A program made the translations under genes and the position numbers. The notes under the pieces are model-generated. The model was not told the origin of the DNA and did no database searches. It saw nothing but the letters and a program-made list of their open reading frames with translations. 51,356 nucleotides of DNA from Candidatus Iainarchaeum sp. (GTDB lineage Archaea > Iainarchaeota > Iainarchaeia > Iainarchaeales > JAZDDZ01), in NCBI GenBank assembly GCA_043809245.1, contig JAZDDZ010000048.1, positions 1-51,356 of the forward strand. The letters run 5' to 3'. Positions 10,036 to 19,473 of the stretch are shown piece by piece. Each line of letters opens with the position of its first letter. Position 1 is the stretch's first letter.

Positions 10036-11322
10036 TTGATTGGGGGCTTTTTTTTGGCAAAAGAGACGAAAAGCGTTTTGGTGCTGTCAGTTGACAGGGA
10101 CAATGACTTGGGCAGAAAAACAGGCATTGAAGGCCCTGTTATCGGAAGAAAAGCGGTTTTGAATGCCGCTGCAAAGCTTGCAGTATCAGACCCAACAGAA
10201 TCAGACGCCAACTGCATGTTTGCGGCTGTCAAAAAATTCGATGAAGCAAAAGGCGAGTTCGCAAACGTTGAAGTAGCGGCTTTAACAGGCGTTGACAAAA
10301 GCGGTTTCAAGTCGGACAAGCGCATAAACGAGCAATTGGACCATTTGCTTGACTCTTTTCCCGCAGACGGCTTTGTTTTGGTGACCGACGGCGCGGAAGA
10401 CGACCAGGTTATTCCAATACTCCAGTCAAGGGCGAAAATAATTTCAAAGGAAACAATCATCATAAAGCAGGCAAAGGAAATTGAAAGCACTTATTTCACT
10501 ATAAAGTCCGCGTTAAAGGACCCCCTGCTTTCAACCATGTTTTTCGTCATTCCCGGAATAATCATGCTTCTTGTTGCAGTGCTTCCAAACCTTGGCTTCC
10601 AGATTGTTTTGGGGGGAATAGGCATTTTCTTCCTTGTTTACGGCCTCGGAATTTACGACAGGCTCATTGACTTGGCGCAGACTTTTGCAAGGCCGATTTC
10701 ACTTCAAAGGACTTCATTCATTTTTTACGTTGCCACGCTTATATTATTGGTGTTCGGCGCAATACAGGCCTACTCAACCTATGGGAGCGTTCTGGCAGAG
10801 GAATCAGACCAATTGATTGCCGCGGGAGAAGCCTTTGCGCAGCTTGTCGCGTTCTTTGCGTTAAGCGGAATCTCCTTCCTGTTGGGAAGGGCAATTGACT
10901 CGATTCATTTGAAGAAAGCGTTCAGGTTAAGGCGCTATCTTCTTTCAAGCGTTTTCGCTGTTCTCATATGGTTCATTGTGGAGGCGGCAAAATACGTTAT
11001 CATTGGCGTTCCAAAGGCAGGGGCAATTGAACGTGAGAAAGGCGACCTCTTCTTTTTCCTTATTTCAATCGGCTTCAGCTTTGCGGTCGCAATGCTGGCC
11101 TACTGGGTTTCAAATTTGCTGGATGTAAGGAAAAAAGTCACAAAGCTCTTGATTGGATTGCCTGTTTACAGCAAAGAAGGCAGATGGATCGGAAAAGTGG
11201 AGAACGTTAAAACAAAAGAAGAAGTAATTGAATTCAAGGAAAACAAAACCAAGCAGGTAAAGCCATTAAAGAAAAAACAATTCGTGTTGCACGATGAAAG
11301 GATAACGCTTGTGAGCGGTTAA
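10036..11322 (+). CDS. DUF373 family membrane protein with C-terminal PRC-barrel-like domain
   Basis: VLSVDRDNDLG, DPTESDAN and VTDGAEDD motifs; tail LIGLPVYSKEGRWIGKVENV. Confidence 0.88.
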   Translation: MIGGFFLAKETKSVLVLSVDRDNDLGRKTGIEGPVIGRKAVLNAAAKLAVSDPTESDANCMFAAVKKFDEAKGEFANVEVAALTGVDKSGFKSDKRINEQLDHLLDSFPADGFVLVTDGAEDDQVIPILQSRAKIISKETIIIKQAKEIESTYFTIKSALKDPLLSTMFFVIPGIIMLLVAVLPNLGFQIVLGGIGIFFLVYGLGIYDRLIDLAQTFARPISLQRTSFIFYVATLILLVFGAIQAYSTYGSVLAEESDQLIAAGEAFAQLVAFFALSGISFLLGRAIDSIHLKKAFRLRRYLLSSVFAVLIWFIVEAAKYVIIGVPKAGAIEREKGDLFFFLISIGFSFAVAMLAYWVSNLLDVRKKVTKLLIGLPVYSKEGRWIGKVENVKTKEEVIEFKENKTKQVKPLKKKQFVLHDERITLVSG

Positions 11323-11325
11323 AGT

Positions 11326-12261
11326 TTAACCGCGGTACTTTTTCCTCGGCAGCCTGCCTGTTGGCTCGTCATTCCCATATTCAACTTCGCCTGTAACCGT
11401 GTTAAAAGGAAGCTGACGCTTATGCTTATTGTAGGCATTCAATAAGCCCCTTGCATAACCAACATCCCAGCCGCGCTCTGCAGCTACCGCCTCAACCCGT
11501 TGATTTTTTTTTCCGTACCTGCTTAATATTGTTATAAGGTTTCCAGCATCCTCATAACTACTGAACCCCAGAGTTTCCTTTAGCTCTTTTCTAAAGGCAC
11601 CCAAAATATACCCGTTAAGACTTTTATACACAAAGCTTCTGAGCTTCCTCATGTCTACTTCTTGGTTTCCTGTGGGCTCAAACCGGGATGCAAGAAAATA
11701 AGATTCCAATTGAATCGTAGACCAAAGGTCTTCAAGATAGTCCCCCTTTAGGCTATATATACTTTTGAACTTCCCAAACAAATATTTTTTCAGCAAAGGC
11801 AGTATTTGTTTTTCCCTCAGCATTTCTTGTTCAGGTGAAAGTACTGGCATTTCCCTGTACACCCGCCCTGATTTCACTTTTGCTGCAATTTCCGGAAGAA
11901 ATAATCTGAGTTCATTAAGGGCAGCGTTAATAGTTGTGTGGCTCTTGCCTGTTTTTTCTTCAAGCTGATGAAGGGTTAAGCTATTCCCCTTAAGCAAATC
12001 AATAATCTGGTTCATTAAGTTTGCCCGCTTCTCCAAGTGCACATTAAGTGAAGGAAGTGGTTTAACGCCTTTCAGTTTCTCTAAAAGTTCAGGGCTCGCA
12101 TTTTTAATTATTTTTTCACGAAGAATTGAGGTTCGCTGATGACTAAGCCTAACCTTTTTAGCTATTTCACCTACTCGGACTCCATGAAGCATCAAATCAG
12201 TTATTTGCTTATCCCTTTCCGCAACAGCTTTTCTTGACCACGTAGGGTACTTTGGAGGCAT
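11326..12261 (-). CDS. Multi-HTH protein with sigma-70 region 2/3-like segment
   Basis: Two HTH-like segments, then EDLW..IQLE...ASRFEP...LRSFVYKSLNGYILGAFRK and VEAVAAERGWDVGYARGLL; similarity judged by eye. Confidence 0.5.
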   Translation of the reverse strand: MPPKYPTWSRKAVAERDKQITDLMLHGVRVGEIAKKVRLSHQRTSILREKIIKNASPELLEKLKGVKPLPSLNVHLEKRANLMNQIIDLLKGNSLTLHQLEEKTGKSHTTINAALNELRLFLPEIAAKVKSGRVYREMPVLSPEQEMLREKQILPLLKKYLFGKFKSIYSLKGDYLEDLWSTIQLESYFLASRFEPTGNQEVDMRKLRSFVYKSLNGYILGAFRKELKETLGFSSYEDAGNLITILSRYGKKNQRVEAVAAERGWDVGYARGLLNAYNKHKRQLPFNTVTGEVEYGNDEPTGRLPRKKYRG

Positions 12262-12295
12262 GAAAAAAATAGGTGCGGAATCTTATTTAAAATGA

Positions 12296-13513
12296 TTAAG
12301 CCTTAACCGCGGCTTTCTTTATTTCCCCGTTTAAAACTTCGCCTGCGCCGCCGAGGTTAATGAGTTTCTTTAGGCTCTGCAAGAGCTTTGCCTTTTTTGC
12401 GGATTTTTCAAAAGAGTTTTCAAGGACTTCTGAAAGCGTTGAAACGGGAATAACCTTGATTTTCTTCAGTTCTTCTTTTGCAATCACTATGTCCTGCAAG
12501 TTGGCTTTTGGAATAATCACTTCCCTGAAACCAGCCTTGATTGCGGAGCTTACCTTTGCAGTAATGCCGCCGACAGGCATTACTTCGCCTCTCACGCTCA
12601 AGGAACCAGTCATTGCAAGCGATTGTTTCACGGGAATTCCTTCCAACGCGGAAATAACTGCGGTTGCAACTGAAACGCTTGCACTGTCCCCTTCAACCCC
12701 TGAATAGGTTTGCAGGAACTGGATGTGCAAATCAAAAGTGGAAATGTCTTTTCCGCTCAGTTTTTTCACCAAAGCCGAAACATTCTGCACTGCTTCTTTT
12801 GCAATTTCCCCAAGTTTTCCTGTTGCAATGATTTTTCCCTCAGCCCTTGAAGCTGCAGGCGCAACCTCTGCCTCAATCGGCAGAACCAACCCCGCGTCTC
12901 CATCGCCTGAAACCGCCAAGCCGTTAACCCTTCCAACAGCTGTTCCCTCAAAGAGGTAAACCTGGTAATCCCTTTTCTCTTCCAAAATTTTGTTCATCAT
13001 CTGCTGTTCAAGCGTTCTGGCACTCATTTTTGCTTCAAGAACATCCTGCGCTGAAACGGATTTGTGGCCTTTTTCCTTTGCAATGTCTCCCGCGGCCCTC
13101 ACAAGGCCCCCCAAATCACGGAGCTTTAAAGTCAGTTTGTTTTTCCTTCCCGCTCTTCTCCTTGCCTCGAAAACAATTGATTCAACCGCTTCCCTTGAAA
13201 AAGCAGGAATCTTTGCGTCCTTTGCAACTTCCTGTGCAACGAATTGCACTATTTTATCCCTGTTCTCAGGATTATCATCCATGTCCAGGTTCATGTAAAT
13301 CTCGTAACCATAACCCCTGATTCTTGAACGCAAAGCAGGATGCACTTTTCTCAGGTCCTCGTAATTGCCTGCTGCAACCAAAACAAAATCGCAATTATGA
13401 ACAGCAACCCCATTCGCAAGATATGTGCCGGCGCTGGTTTTAAGATTGTAAACCATTCCAGCATAGTCAACCTCTTCAATTGAAACAATTTTTTTGGTGG
13501 AAAAATTAAACAT
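12296..13513 (-). CDS. lonB: LonB protease piece 3: IntC2 (40 aa) plus C-terminal AAA+ part and Ser-Lys protease domain
   Basis: ...VAVHN|[30 protein letters not shown] and PVGGITAK. Confidence 0.95.
   Translation of the reverse strand: MFNFSTKKIVSIEEVDYAGMVYNLKTSAGTYLANGVAVHNCDFVLVAAGNYEDLRKVHPALRSRIRGYGYEIYMNLDMDDNPENRDKIVQFVAQEVAKDAKIPAFSREAVESIVFEARRRAGRKNKLTLKLRDLGGLVRAAGDIAKEKGHKSVSAQDVLEAKMSARTLEQQMMNKILEEKRDYQVYLFEGTAVGRVNGLAVSGDGDAGLVLPIEAEVAPAASRAEGKIIATGKLGEIAKEAVQNVSALVKKLSGKDISTFDLHIQFLQTYSGVEGDSASVSVATAVISALEGIPVKQSLAMTGSLSVRGEVMPVGGITAKVSSAIKAGFREVIIPKANLQDIVIAKEELKKIKVIPVSTLSEVLENSFEKSAKKAKLLQSLKKLINLGGAGEVLNGEIKKAAVKA
13394..13513 (-). mobile_element. Split intein 2, C-terminal half (IntC2)
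   Basis: Blocks F/G VYNLKT...[10 protein letters not shown] followed by +1 Cys. Confidence 0.93.
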
Positions 13514-15362
13514 TTAAATCACCTGCCTTTTTCCAGTAAAGCAGGGTAGTGTAAGGCATTTCAAGTTCGCGCGCCGCTCTTTTAAGAGTCAACCCGGCAT
13601 TAAGCAGGTCTGATGCGGTTCTTTTATGCATGGAAGAATAATGCCTATATGTAGGCCCGACTGTTTTCATAATCGTGTTTTTAGAAAGCATGATTCGCCT
13701 GCCAATTTCGTTTATTGTTAAACCGCTTGCCCGAAGCTCCAATGCCTTGGCTTTGTTTGATCCAAGCTCAACGCAATCTTCAGAGTATGCAACAGCTTTT
13801 CCAAACCGTTTTTTCATGTACTGTGCTTTACGGCTTGCATAATGAATTTGAACTGCCTTTTCAAATTGCATCACATTCTTATAATTATTGAAAATAGTAA
13901 AAGAATAACGCGCTGCTTTTTCAGCAGCACCCCCCTTGGATCTCGTATATTCTGTTGCCGTGATTTTACTGGTTTCCACGCCGTTTTCAGACAAAAAAGC
14001 CCTTATCTCATTTAAAAAAGCTAAATGTTGCTTTTCAAACCTTTTAACCTTGGCCATCACAAAAGAAATTTTATCGCTAGCGTTTTTTATTTTACCGCAC
14101 ATTTCACAGGATAACAATGCTGAAAAGAACTCCTTTTTTGTTTCGGCAGAAAAATTAATCCACAATGGAACAGCAATTGGCTTGGGTACCTTGCTGCCCA
14201 CTGGGACTCCGAGCGCTGAGAAAAAACGTGAAATGAAAGCATTATGCGCTGAAACTTCTAATCCGCTTCCTTTTAGGGAAGTCGTTTTTCTAAAAACAAA
14301 ATTTGAACTCAAATCTGTTCCAAAAACCTGGAGCAAATCGCGCTTAAACATCTCCAAGTCCGCCAAACTATTTGAATCTGTTGAAAAAAAAACGCCTGTT
14401 CTTGTTAAACCCCCATCACCGAACAGTGCTCCGCTAATCCTTGCAATCAACGGTAATCTGGGATCCGAATAAAGCAAAGGAAATAACCCTCTTTCCCCCA
14501 ACCAATCAATGCAACGGGAAGCCCTTGGAACAGTTCCTTTTTTCCAAGCAGCAATTGTTTTGCAATCTACCCCCAGACCTCTGGCCTTCAATAAGGGGTT
14601 TGCCTTCCAAGCAGCATATGCTTTTGCAATGCGCTGATTTTCTTTACTGTAGGTTTCCATAATTTTCACATCAGAAATTATTGCCTGAATTGCTTCCACT
14701 TCCTGCCAAAGGCTAAGGTCTTTTGCCTGAACAAAATCAGCCGGTGTTTTAATCGGATGCTCTTTGGTCGCCAATAATTCAGTGCCATCGTCAAAAATAA
14801 TTTTCATCAGTTTACCAGAAAATGGCCTCCTGTAAACCCGTTCAAGCATATCCAAAAAAATTCCATTATCTTTTGGAACCCAAATTTTAATAGAATCATT
14901 TAAGTCCAAAAACTCAGCATAGCCCTCTCTGTTAACTTGCCCTGCTCTGCTTTCAAACAACCTGTTTACAAACTCGTCAATCGCGGTTAATCCGTTTTCA
15001 GTGGCAATTAATGTTCCGCTTGGAAAACACGGCACTGCCTCAGTCCTAGTCATTGCCCCGCTTGACATCTCGCTCTGGCCTGTAATGGAATACTTTTTTT
15101 CCTGCATTGCGGTCAAAAGCTCCTGCTGTGCCTTGGGTGAAAGCGTTGCAATTTCATCCAAAAACAATACTCCCCCAGAAGAGCGGTGAATCATGCCGGG
15201 TTCAATGCGCAAATGAGGGGGGGTGCCCAAGCCACCGGAATTGTGCACTAAAATATCTTCAACGAACAAGTTGCCGGTTTCAGTCGTAACGTTGTAAACG
15301 TGGCCTTTGAATGGGTGCTTTTTCACGGAAGAAACATTTCCCTGCGTGGTTTTGTAATTCAT
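13506..15362 (-). CDS. lonB: LonB piece 2: IntC1 (41 aa), 70-aa Walker B extein, IntN2 with LAGLIDADG and HTH domains (507 aa)
   Basis: ...ILVHN|SGGLGTP...VLFLDE...TEAVP|CFPSGT; block B ATKEH; GALFGDGG. Confidence 0.93.
   Translation of the reverse strand: MNYKTTQGNVSSVKKHPFKGHVYNVTTETGNLFVEDILVHNSGGLGTPPHLRIEPGMIHRSSGGVLFLDEIATLSPKAQQELLTAMQEKKYSITGQSEMSSGAMTRTEAVPCFPSGTLIATENGLTAIDEFVNRLFESRAGQVNREGYAEFLDLNDSIKIWVPKDNGIFLDMLERVYRRPFSGKLMKIIFDDGTELLATKEHPIKTPADFVQAKDLSLWQEVEAIQAIISDVKIMETYSKENQRIAKAYAAWKANPLLKARGLGVDCKTIAAWKKGTVPRASRCIDWLGERGLFPLLYSDPRLPLIARISGALFGDGGLTRTGVFFSTDSNSLADLEMFKRDLLQVFGTDLSSNFVFRKTTSLKGSGLEVSAHNAFISRFFSALGVPVGSKVPKPIAVPLWINFSAETKKEFFSALLSCEMCGKIKNASDKISFVMAKVKRFEKQHLAFLNEIRAFLSENGVETSKITATEYTRSKGGAAEKAARYSFTIFNNYKNVMQFEKAVQIHYASRKAQYMKKRFGKAVAYSEDCVELGSNKAKALELRASGLTINEIGRRIMLSKNTIMKTVGPTYRHYSSMHKRTASDLLNAGLTLKRAARELEMPYTTLLYWKKAGDLNV
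13509..15029 (-). mobile_element. Split intein 2, N-terminal half (IntN2) with fused homing endonuclease
   Basis: Cys1 CFPSGTLI, TxxH block B, LAGLIDADG-like [10 protein letters not shown], two C-terminal HTH-like segments; ends in a stop codon without blocks F/G. Confidence 0.9.
13518..13524 (-). promoter_or_regulatory. Shine-Dalgarno AGGTGAT for Lon piece 3
   Basis: Minus strand reads GCAGGTGATTTAAATGTTTAA: SD 4 nt before the ATG, with an 8-nt overlap of the upstream ORF. Confidence 0.8.
15240..15362 (-). mobile_element. Split intein 1, C-terminal half (IntC1)
   Basis: [20 protein letters not shown] followed by +1 Ser. Confidence 0.93.
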
Positions 15363-15384
15363 AAATAGTTCCTCTTACAAAAAC

Positions 15385-15393
15385 ATTAAATAG
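15385..15393 (-). promoter_or_regulatory. TATA-like box (CTATTTAAT) of a putative internal promoter for Lon piece 2
   Basis: Lies 22 nt upstream of ATG 15362; start context CTATTTATG is identical to that of Lon piece 1 (17556) and gene 18443. Confidence 0.55.
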
Positions 15394-15496
15394 GTTGCTC
15401 TGGGAACAGCAAGATTCCAACATGCAATAACTGCCACAACCCGCGGCATTCAAATTAAACCGCTACATGACAATAGCGCACCACCTTGTCTGGCAT

Positions 15497-16471
15497 TCAA
15501 AGGGTCTTTTCAACAGTTGCTCTCTTTATAACTTCATTAAATCTTTCCTTTTTATCCTGTGCATAACGCAATGAAAATTTCTCATTGCAAGAAATCACGT
15601 GATGAAATGTTGTCCTCAAGAATATTCTGTAGTTTGCAGTAAATGCCCCGTCTTTCCTGTGCCTACCGCCAGAATAGTTTTTGTAAATATTGCCGGTTGT
15701 TTGTACGCCTACGGACTTTAAAAGCGCCTCAACGCCTCTGAGGAAGCCCCTGTGCTCATCTTCAAGAAACTCAATCTTTGAAACTCCAATTGAAAGATCC
15801 GTGAAGCGATTATTGCCTCGGGAATCAGGCCGCCACCTTACAACTGAAACTTCTGATGCGAGGTAACCGTCAAGGAATGCAATGCTTGATTTTTCTGAAG
15901 CTTTGGAAATCCATTGCGGTAACAAGTAAGCAGCGGTTACCTTGTTTCCAACTGGCGCGCCCAAGGCTGCAAAAAATCTAACAACAGCCCTGTCATAGCA
16001 GCGAATATTGAAAGAGTGCCCGTATTCGCCTCCTTCGACAATCTGAGTTTTTCCCTCTGCAAAAGGGAAGACCCTTAGCAAATCCAAATGCCATAAGTCA
16101 ACATCCTTTTTATCTGAAGAAATGAATGCGACTGTGTTGAGCCTTACGTCTATTCCTCCATCGCCAAAAAGCACGCCAAGCATGTTTAAAACAATCTTGC
16201 AGTCCTTATGGCTTTCATAAAAAGGAAGCATGCCAGCAGAATTTAGCTTTTGAACTGCCTTCAACGGCAACGGAATGGCTTTCTTATCGCCCTTTGTATG
16301 CCACCATCTCGCCATTCCTTGTTTTACACCGAGAAGCTTGGCTGCCTTCTTATAGCCCATTGAAGGATTTTCTTCAATGAGTTTCAGATACTCAGAATAT
16401 TTCTTACAGGAAAACTGTTCTCTGGCAGAATACGTGTTGATTATGTCCTGTTCAGTTAGAATCGGCTCCAT
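15497..16471 (-). CDS. Free-standing LAGLIDADG homing endonuclease derived from Lon intein 1
   Basis: MLGVLFGDGG and FLDGYLASE; similar to the endonuclease part of IntN2 (FF.ALG.PVG.KV shared); lies between IntN1 and IntC1 in a different frame. Confidence 0.88.
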   Translation of the reverse strand: MEPILTEQDIINTYSAREQFSCKKYSEYLKLIEENPSMGYKKAAKLLGVKQGMARWWHTKGDKKAIPLPLKAVQKLNSAGMLPFYESHKDCKIVLNMLGVLFGDGGIDVRLNTVAFISSDKKDVDLWHLDLLRVFPFAEGKTQIVEGGEYGHSFNIRCYDRAVVRFFAALGAPVGNKVTAAYLLPQWISKASEKSSIAFLDGYLASEVSVVRWRPDSRGNNRFTDLSIGVSKIEFLEDEHRGFLRGVEALLKSVGVQTTGNIYKNYSGGRHRKDGAFTANYRIFLRTTFHHVISCNEKFSLRYAQDKKERFNEVIKRATVEKTL

Positions 16472-16502
16472 TAAAGAATTCCTTTTTCCGGCAATATCTT
16501 TG

Positions 16503-16532
16503 TTTCGGGACAGGGAGTGGATTTCCGCTGCG
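16503..16532 (-). promoter_or_regulatory. Shared upstream motif, copy B (CGCAGCGGAAATCCACTCCCTGTCCCGAAA)
   Basis: Inside the 92-nt spacer between the IntN1 stop and the endonuclease ATG; matches copies A, C and D. Confidence 0.75.
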
Positions 16533-16563
16533 ATATTAAATAGCCCGGCAATGAACTATTGCA

Positions 16564-17556
16564 TTATGCTTTCGCCAGCGTTATCAGCTTGTCTGCAGGA
16601 GAAATTTTTTCCGCAGCCTTGTCCTTGCCCGAAGTGATGACCTTGTGTTCAGGCGTAACTGTTACCTTATTTTTGCCTGACTGGATGTCGACTAATTCGC
16701 CGTCAAAAGGCTTTCTGTTGAGTGAAAGTATTCTGGAAAAAATAACTTCACCATTTTTATAGCCAAGGGTGAAAATTTTTTCTTTTTCAGGAAGCATTAT
16801 TGCTTCGTATCCTTTTTCTGCTTTGATTATCTCCGCAAAATATTTTTGGCTCATTTCATCCCAAAGTTTTTCAAATGAAATTTTTTTCACAATTCCATTT
16901 GAGATTAGTATTAACTCGTTAACGTTAACAAAACATTGAAGTGGATCGTGACGAACATCGCCAAGCAGTGCGCCTGCCCTTGCACCGGTAGCTTCAACGA
17001 ATGGCGCGATTTTTTTGCCTGAATTGTCAACCAAGAGCTTCGGCGTTTGAGCAGAGGAACGCGAACGCATCTGCGAGCCAACCGCAAAGCCAATCAATAA
17101 AAAGCCGCCTAAAATAAGTGTCGCGGCATAAACAATATCTGAAATGAATCCAAGCTGCCAGATGACGCTTGAAAGAATGAAGAACCCAAGCGGAAGCAGG
17201 AAACCCATTAACCGCATGTTGTCTTCCTCTCCTTTTGAGTCAGCCCTTGCCCGCTGGACAAGCTTTTTTCCCTCTCCCGCTTTCACAAGCCTTACCTTTG
17301 GGTTATTGGGGTCGGCTTTGTTGGGGTAAATAAGTATGTCGCTTAATTGCTGGACTGGCATCAATTCAGCCATTGCCTGAGCCAACATCGACTTGCCGGT
17401 GCCAGGGAGTCCAACCAACAAAACATTCCTTTTCTGGGCAGCGGCTTTCTTGATTAATTCAACGCTGCTGTCCTGGCCTAAAACCTGGTCAACCAGGCGC
17501 TTTGGAACCGGAATTTCTTTGGTGGACTCAAACTTCTTTGAAACCAAATCAGGCAT
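16564..17556 (-). CDS. lonB: LonB piece 1: N-terminal extein (207 aa; Walker A and two TM helices) plus IntN1 (123 aa)
   Basis: LVDQVLGQ, GLPGTGKS, hydrophobic insert, GALLGDVRHDPLQ|CFVNV; start moved to ATG 17556. Confidence 0.95.
   Translation of the reverse strand: MPDLVSKKFESTKEIPVPKRLVDQVLGQDSSVELIKKAAAQKRNVLLVGLPGTGKSMLAQAMAELMPVQQLSDILIYPNKADPNNPKVRLVKAGEGKKLVQRARADSKGEEDNMRLMGFLLPLGFFILSSVIWQLGFISDIVYAATLILGGFLLIGFAVGSQMRSRSSAQTPKLLVDNSGKKIAPFVEATGARAGALLGDVRHDPLQCFVNVNELILISNGIVKKISFEKLWDEMSQKYFAEIIKAEKGYEAIMLPEKEKIFTLGYKNGEVIFSRILSLNRKPFDGELVDIQSGKNKVTVTPEHKVITSGKDKAAEKISPADKLITLAKA
16567..16935 (-). mobile_element. Split intein 1, N-terminal half (IntN1)
   Basis: Cys1 and block B VTVTPEHKV, then TAA about 22 codons later. 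Confidence 0.92.
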
Positions 17557-17798
17557 AAATAGGCTAAGAAGACAAGAATTTAAAAAAAGAAGCATTAATT
17601 GGGGCAACGCTGTTTATGCCGTGCATTTATCTTAAGTGTTTGGCAACCGGCCCTGTATTTTAAGGCATTCGTCAATCGGAATGCCTGAAAGCCAGATGCT
17701 CAGCTTATTTAGGTTTGGATGGTTAAGTATTGAAAAAATATTTGAAACAGAAGCATAACTGTTTTGGGTTAAATGCTTTGGCGAAAATGCCTGCACGC

Positions 17799-18443
17799 TC
17801 ACTTCATCGCCAGCATTATTATTTCTTCCTTGTTGACGCGTATAAGTTTCGGTTTGGCTGGCCCTTCCTTAAATGAATTTTTTTTCAATTGTTGCAGCAT
17901 GGCAAGCGCTTGCTTTTTTTCGGTTCCCGCACGCATTGAGTTCCTTATCCGTATTTCCAATCTTGGCAGATTAATTTTTTTTATGGCAAAAAATGCAATT
18001 CCTTTACCGTCTGCGCGGCACCCAACATTAAATGCCCTTTTGTCAACCTCTATCCCGCTTTCATCCATTATTTCTTTCGCCCTTTTTTCTGCGGCTTCCT
18101 TTATGGCTTCAGCGTGCATTCCGAATTTACCGCCTATATCCATAAATGAATACTGTGCTTCAATTCCCTTTTGGCTTAAGTTATCCAAATAAACCCTTTT
18201 GGAATAAGTCGTGTGCTTATCCAAGCCGCTTGCAATTATTTTCGGGAATTCTTTTGGATAAAGCAGGTTTGCAAGGCAGAAAGCAGAAGTGTACACAGAG
18301 GAAAGCTTTTCATCGGAAACACGCCTGACAATCTCAAAACCCCTTTTGAATCTTTTTCTTTCCAGCCATCCAAGTGATTCAACCATTGAATGCCCTGCGG
18401 AAATCCTTATTTTTCTCCTTTTACTGTTTTTTGCCCGAAACAT
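17799..18443 (-). CDS. Hypothetical basic protein
   Basis: 214-aa ORF with ATG in CTATTTATG context; no recognised domain. Confidence 0.6.
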   Translation of the reverse strand: MFRAKNSKRRKIRISAGHSMVESLGWLERKRFKRGFEIVRRVSDEKLSSVYTSAFCLANLLYPKEFPKIIASGLDKHTTYSKRVYLDNLSQKGIEAQYSFMDIGGKFGMHAEAIKEAAEKRAKEIMDESGIEVDKRAFNVGCRADGKGIAFFAIKKINLPRLEIRIRNSMRAGTEKKQALAMLQQLKKNSFKEGPAKPKLIRVNKEEIIMLAMK

Positions 18444-18558
18444 AAATAGAACAAAGCAAAACCAGTATTTATTACTTCGTTTTTATCCAGGGATTTTAAA
18501 GCAAGTGAAAGCCATTGTTTTAATATTCTTTTAATTACTTTATATTAAAGGTGTTCTT

Positions 18559-19470
18559 GTGAAAATGTCTTTGGTGTTTTTGGGTACAAGCGGCGCGACG
18601 CCCACGGTTGAGCGGAACCTTTCAAGCACTGCGCTGAAAGCCAATGGTTCTGTTTATTTGTTTGACTGCCCTGAGGGAACGCAGAGGCAGATGATGAAAG
18701 CAAAGATTAGTTACATGAAGATTGACTCAATTTTTTTAACGCATTTTCACGGCGACCATATTCTCGGGTTGCCGGGTTTGATTGCCACTATGAGCATGCA
18801 TGAACGGATGACCCAGTTAAAAATTTTCGGGCCAAAGGGAGTTGGGGAGAGGGTGAAGAAGTCATTGGAGTTAAGCTTATTGCAGGTCAAGTTTGAGGTG
18901 AAATGCGTTGAAGTGAAAAAAGCAGGAGAGATTCTCAAAGGCGAGAATTTTTCCGTTACCGCTTTTCCCGTAAAGCATGACGTGCCCTGCTTTGCCTATG
19001 TGTTCAGGGAAAAAGACAAAGAGGGAGAATTTGACAAAAAAAAAGCGCATTCTCTGGGGATTCCCGAAGGGCCTTTGTACAGCAGGCTGCAGAAAGGCTA
19101 TTCAGTAAAGTTCGGGGGAAAAACATTCAAGCCAGAGCAGGTAATGGATTACTCCAAGGGAAGAAAGGGAAAAAAAGTTTCAATTGTAATGGACTCCTTG
19201 CCGAGCAAAAGCTATTATCCGTGGATAAGGGAATCAGATGTTTTGGTGCATGAAAGCACTTTCGGTGAAAAGCACGCTGAAAGGGCAAAGGAGACAATGC
19301 ATTCAACCGCAAAGCAGGCTGGAAAAGTTGCGGGGGAAACGAAAAGCAAAAAATTGGTGCTGACGCATTTTTCCCCGCGCTATAAAGAGCTGAATGACTT
19401 GGAGAATGAAGCGCGGACAGAGTTCGGCGAAGTGGTTGTCGCGGAAGACCTATTGGAGTTAGAGGTGTAG
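18559..19470 (+). CDS. rnz: Ribonuclease Z
   Basis: FLGTSG, FDCPEGTQRQ, THFHGDH, exosite GIPEGP, HEST and HFSPRY. Confidence 0.97.
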   Translation: MKMSLVFLGTSGATPTVERNLSSTALKANGSVYLFDCPEGTQRQMMKAKISYMKIDSIFLTHFHGDHILGLPGLIATMSMHERMTQLKIFGPKGVGERVKKSLELSLLQVKFEVKCVEVKKAGEILKGENFSVTAFPVKHDVPCFAYVFREKDKEGEFDKKKAHSLGIPEGPLYSRLQKGYSVKFGGKTFKPEQVMDYSKGRKGKKVSIVMDSLPSKSYYPWIRESDVLVHESTFGEKHAERAKETMHSTAKQAGKVAGETKSKKLVLTHFSPRYKELNDLENEARTEFGEVVVAEDLLELEV

Positions 19471-19473
19471 CGG

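Noticed and set aside
13500-13525. Lon break 2 as a sequencing frameshift or programmed ribosomal frameshift
   Set aside because: A well-placed SD (AGGTGAT) and an overlapping ATG at the canonical split position favour re-initiation; not formally excluded without reads
15363-16566. Group I or BHB intron carrying the endonuclease inside Lon intein 1
   Set aside because: The spacers are short, show no evident pairing or catalytic core, and carry promoter-like elements; the downstream piece has its own ATG
12296-17556. lonB as a decaying pseudogene
   Set aside because: All breaks fall inside inteins; exteins, Walker motifs, catalytic dyad and splicing residues are intact
17663-17686. Hairpin AGGCATTC-N8-GAATGCCT upstream of lonB, containing ATTCGTCAATC (half of the pilin motif)
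   Set aside because: Only a half-site match in a single instance, about 110 nt from the start; could be chance
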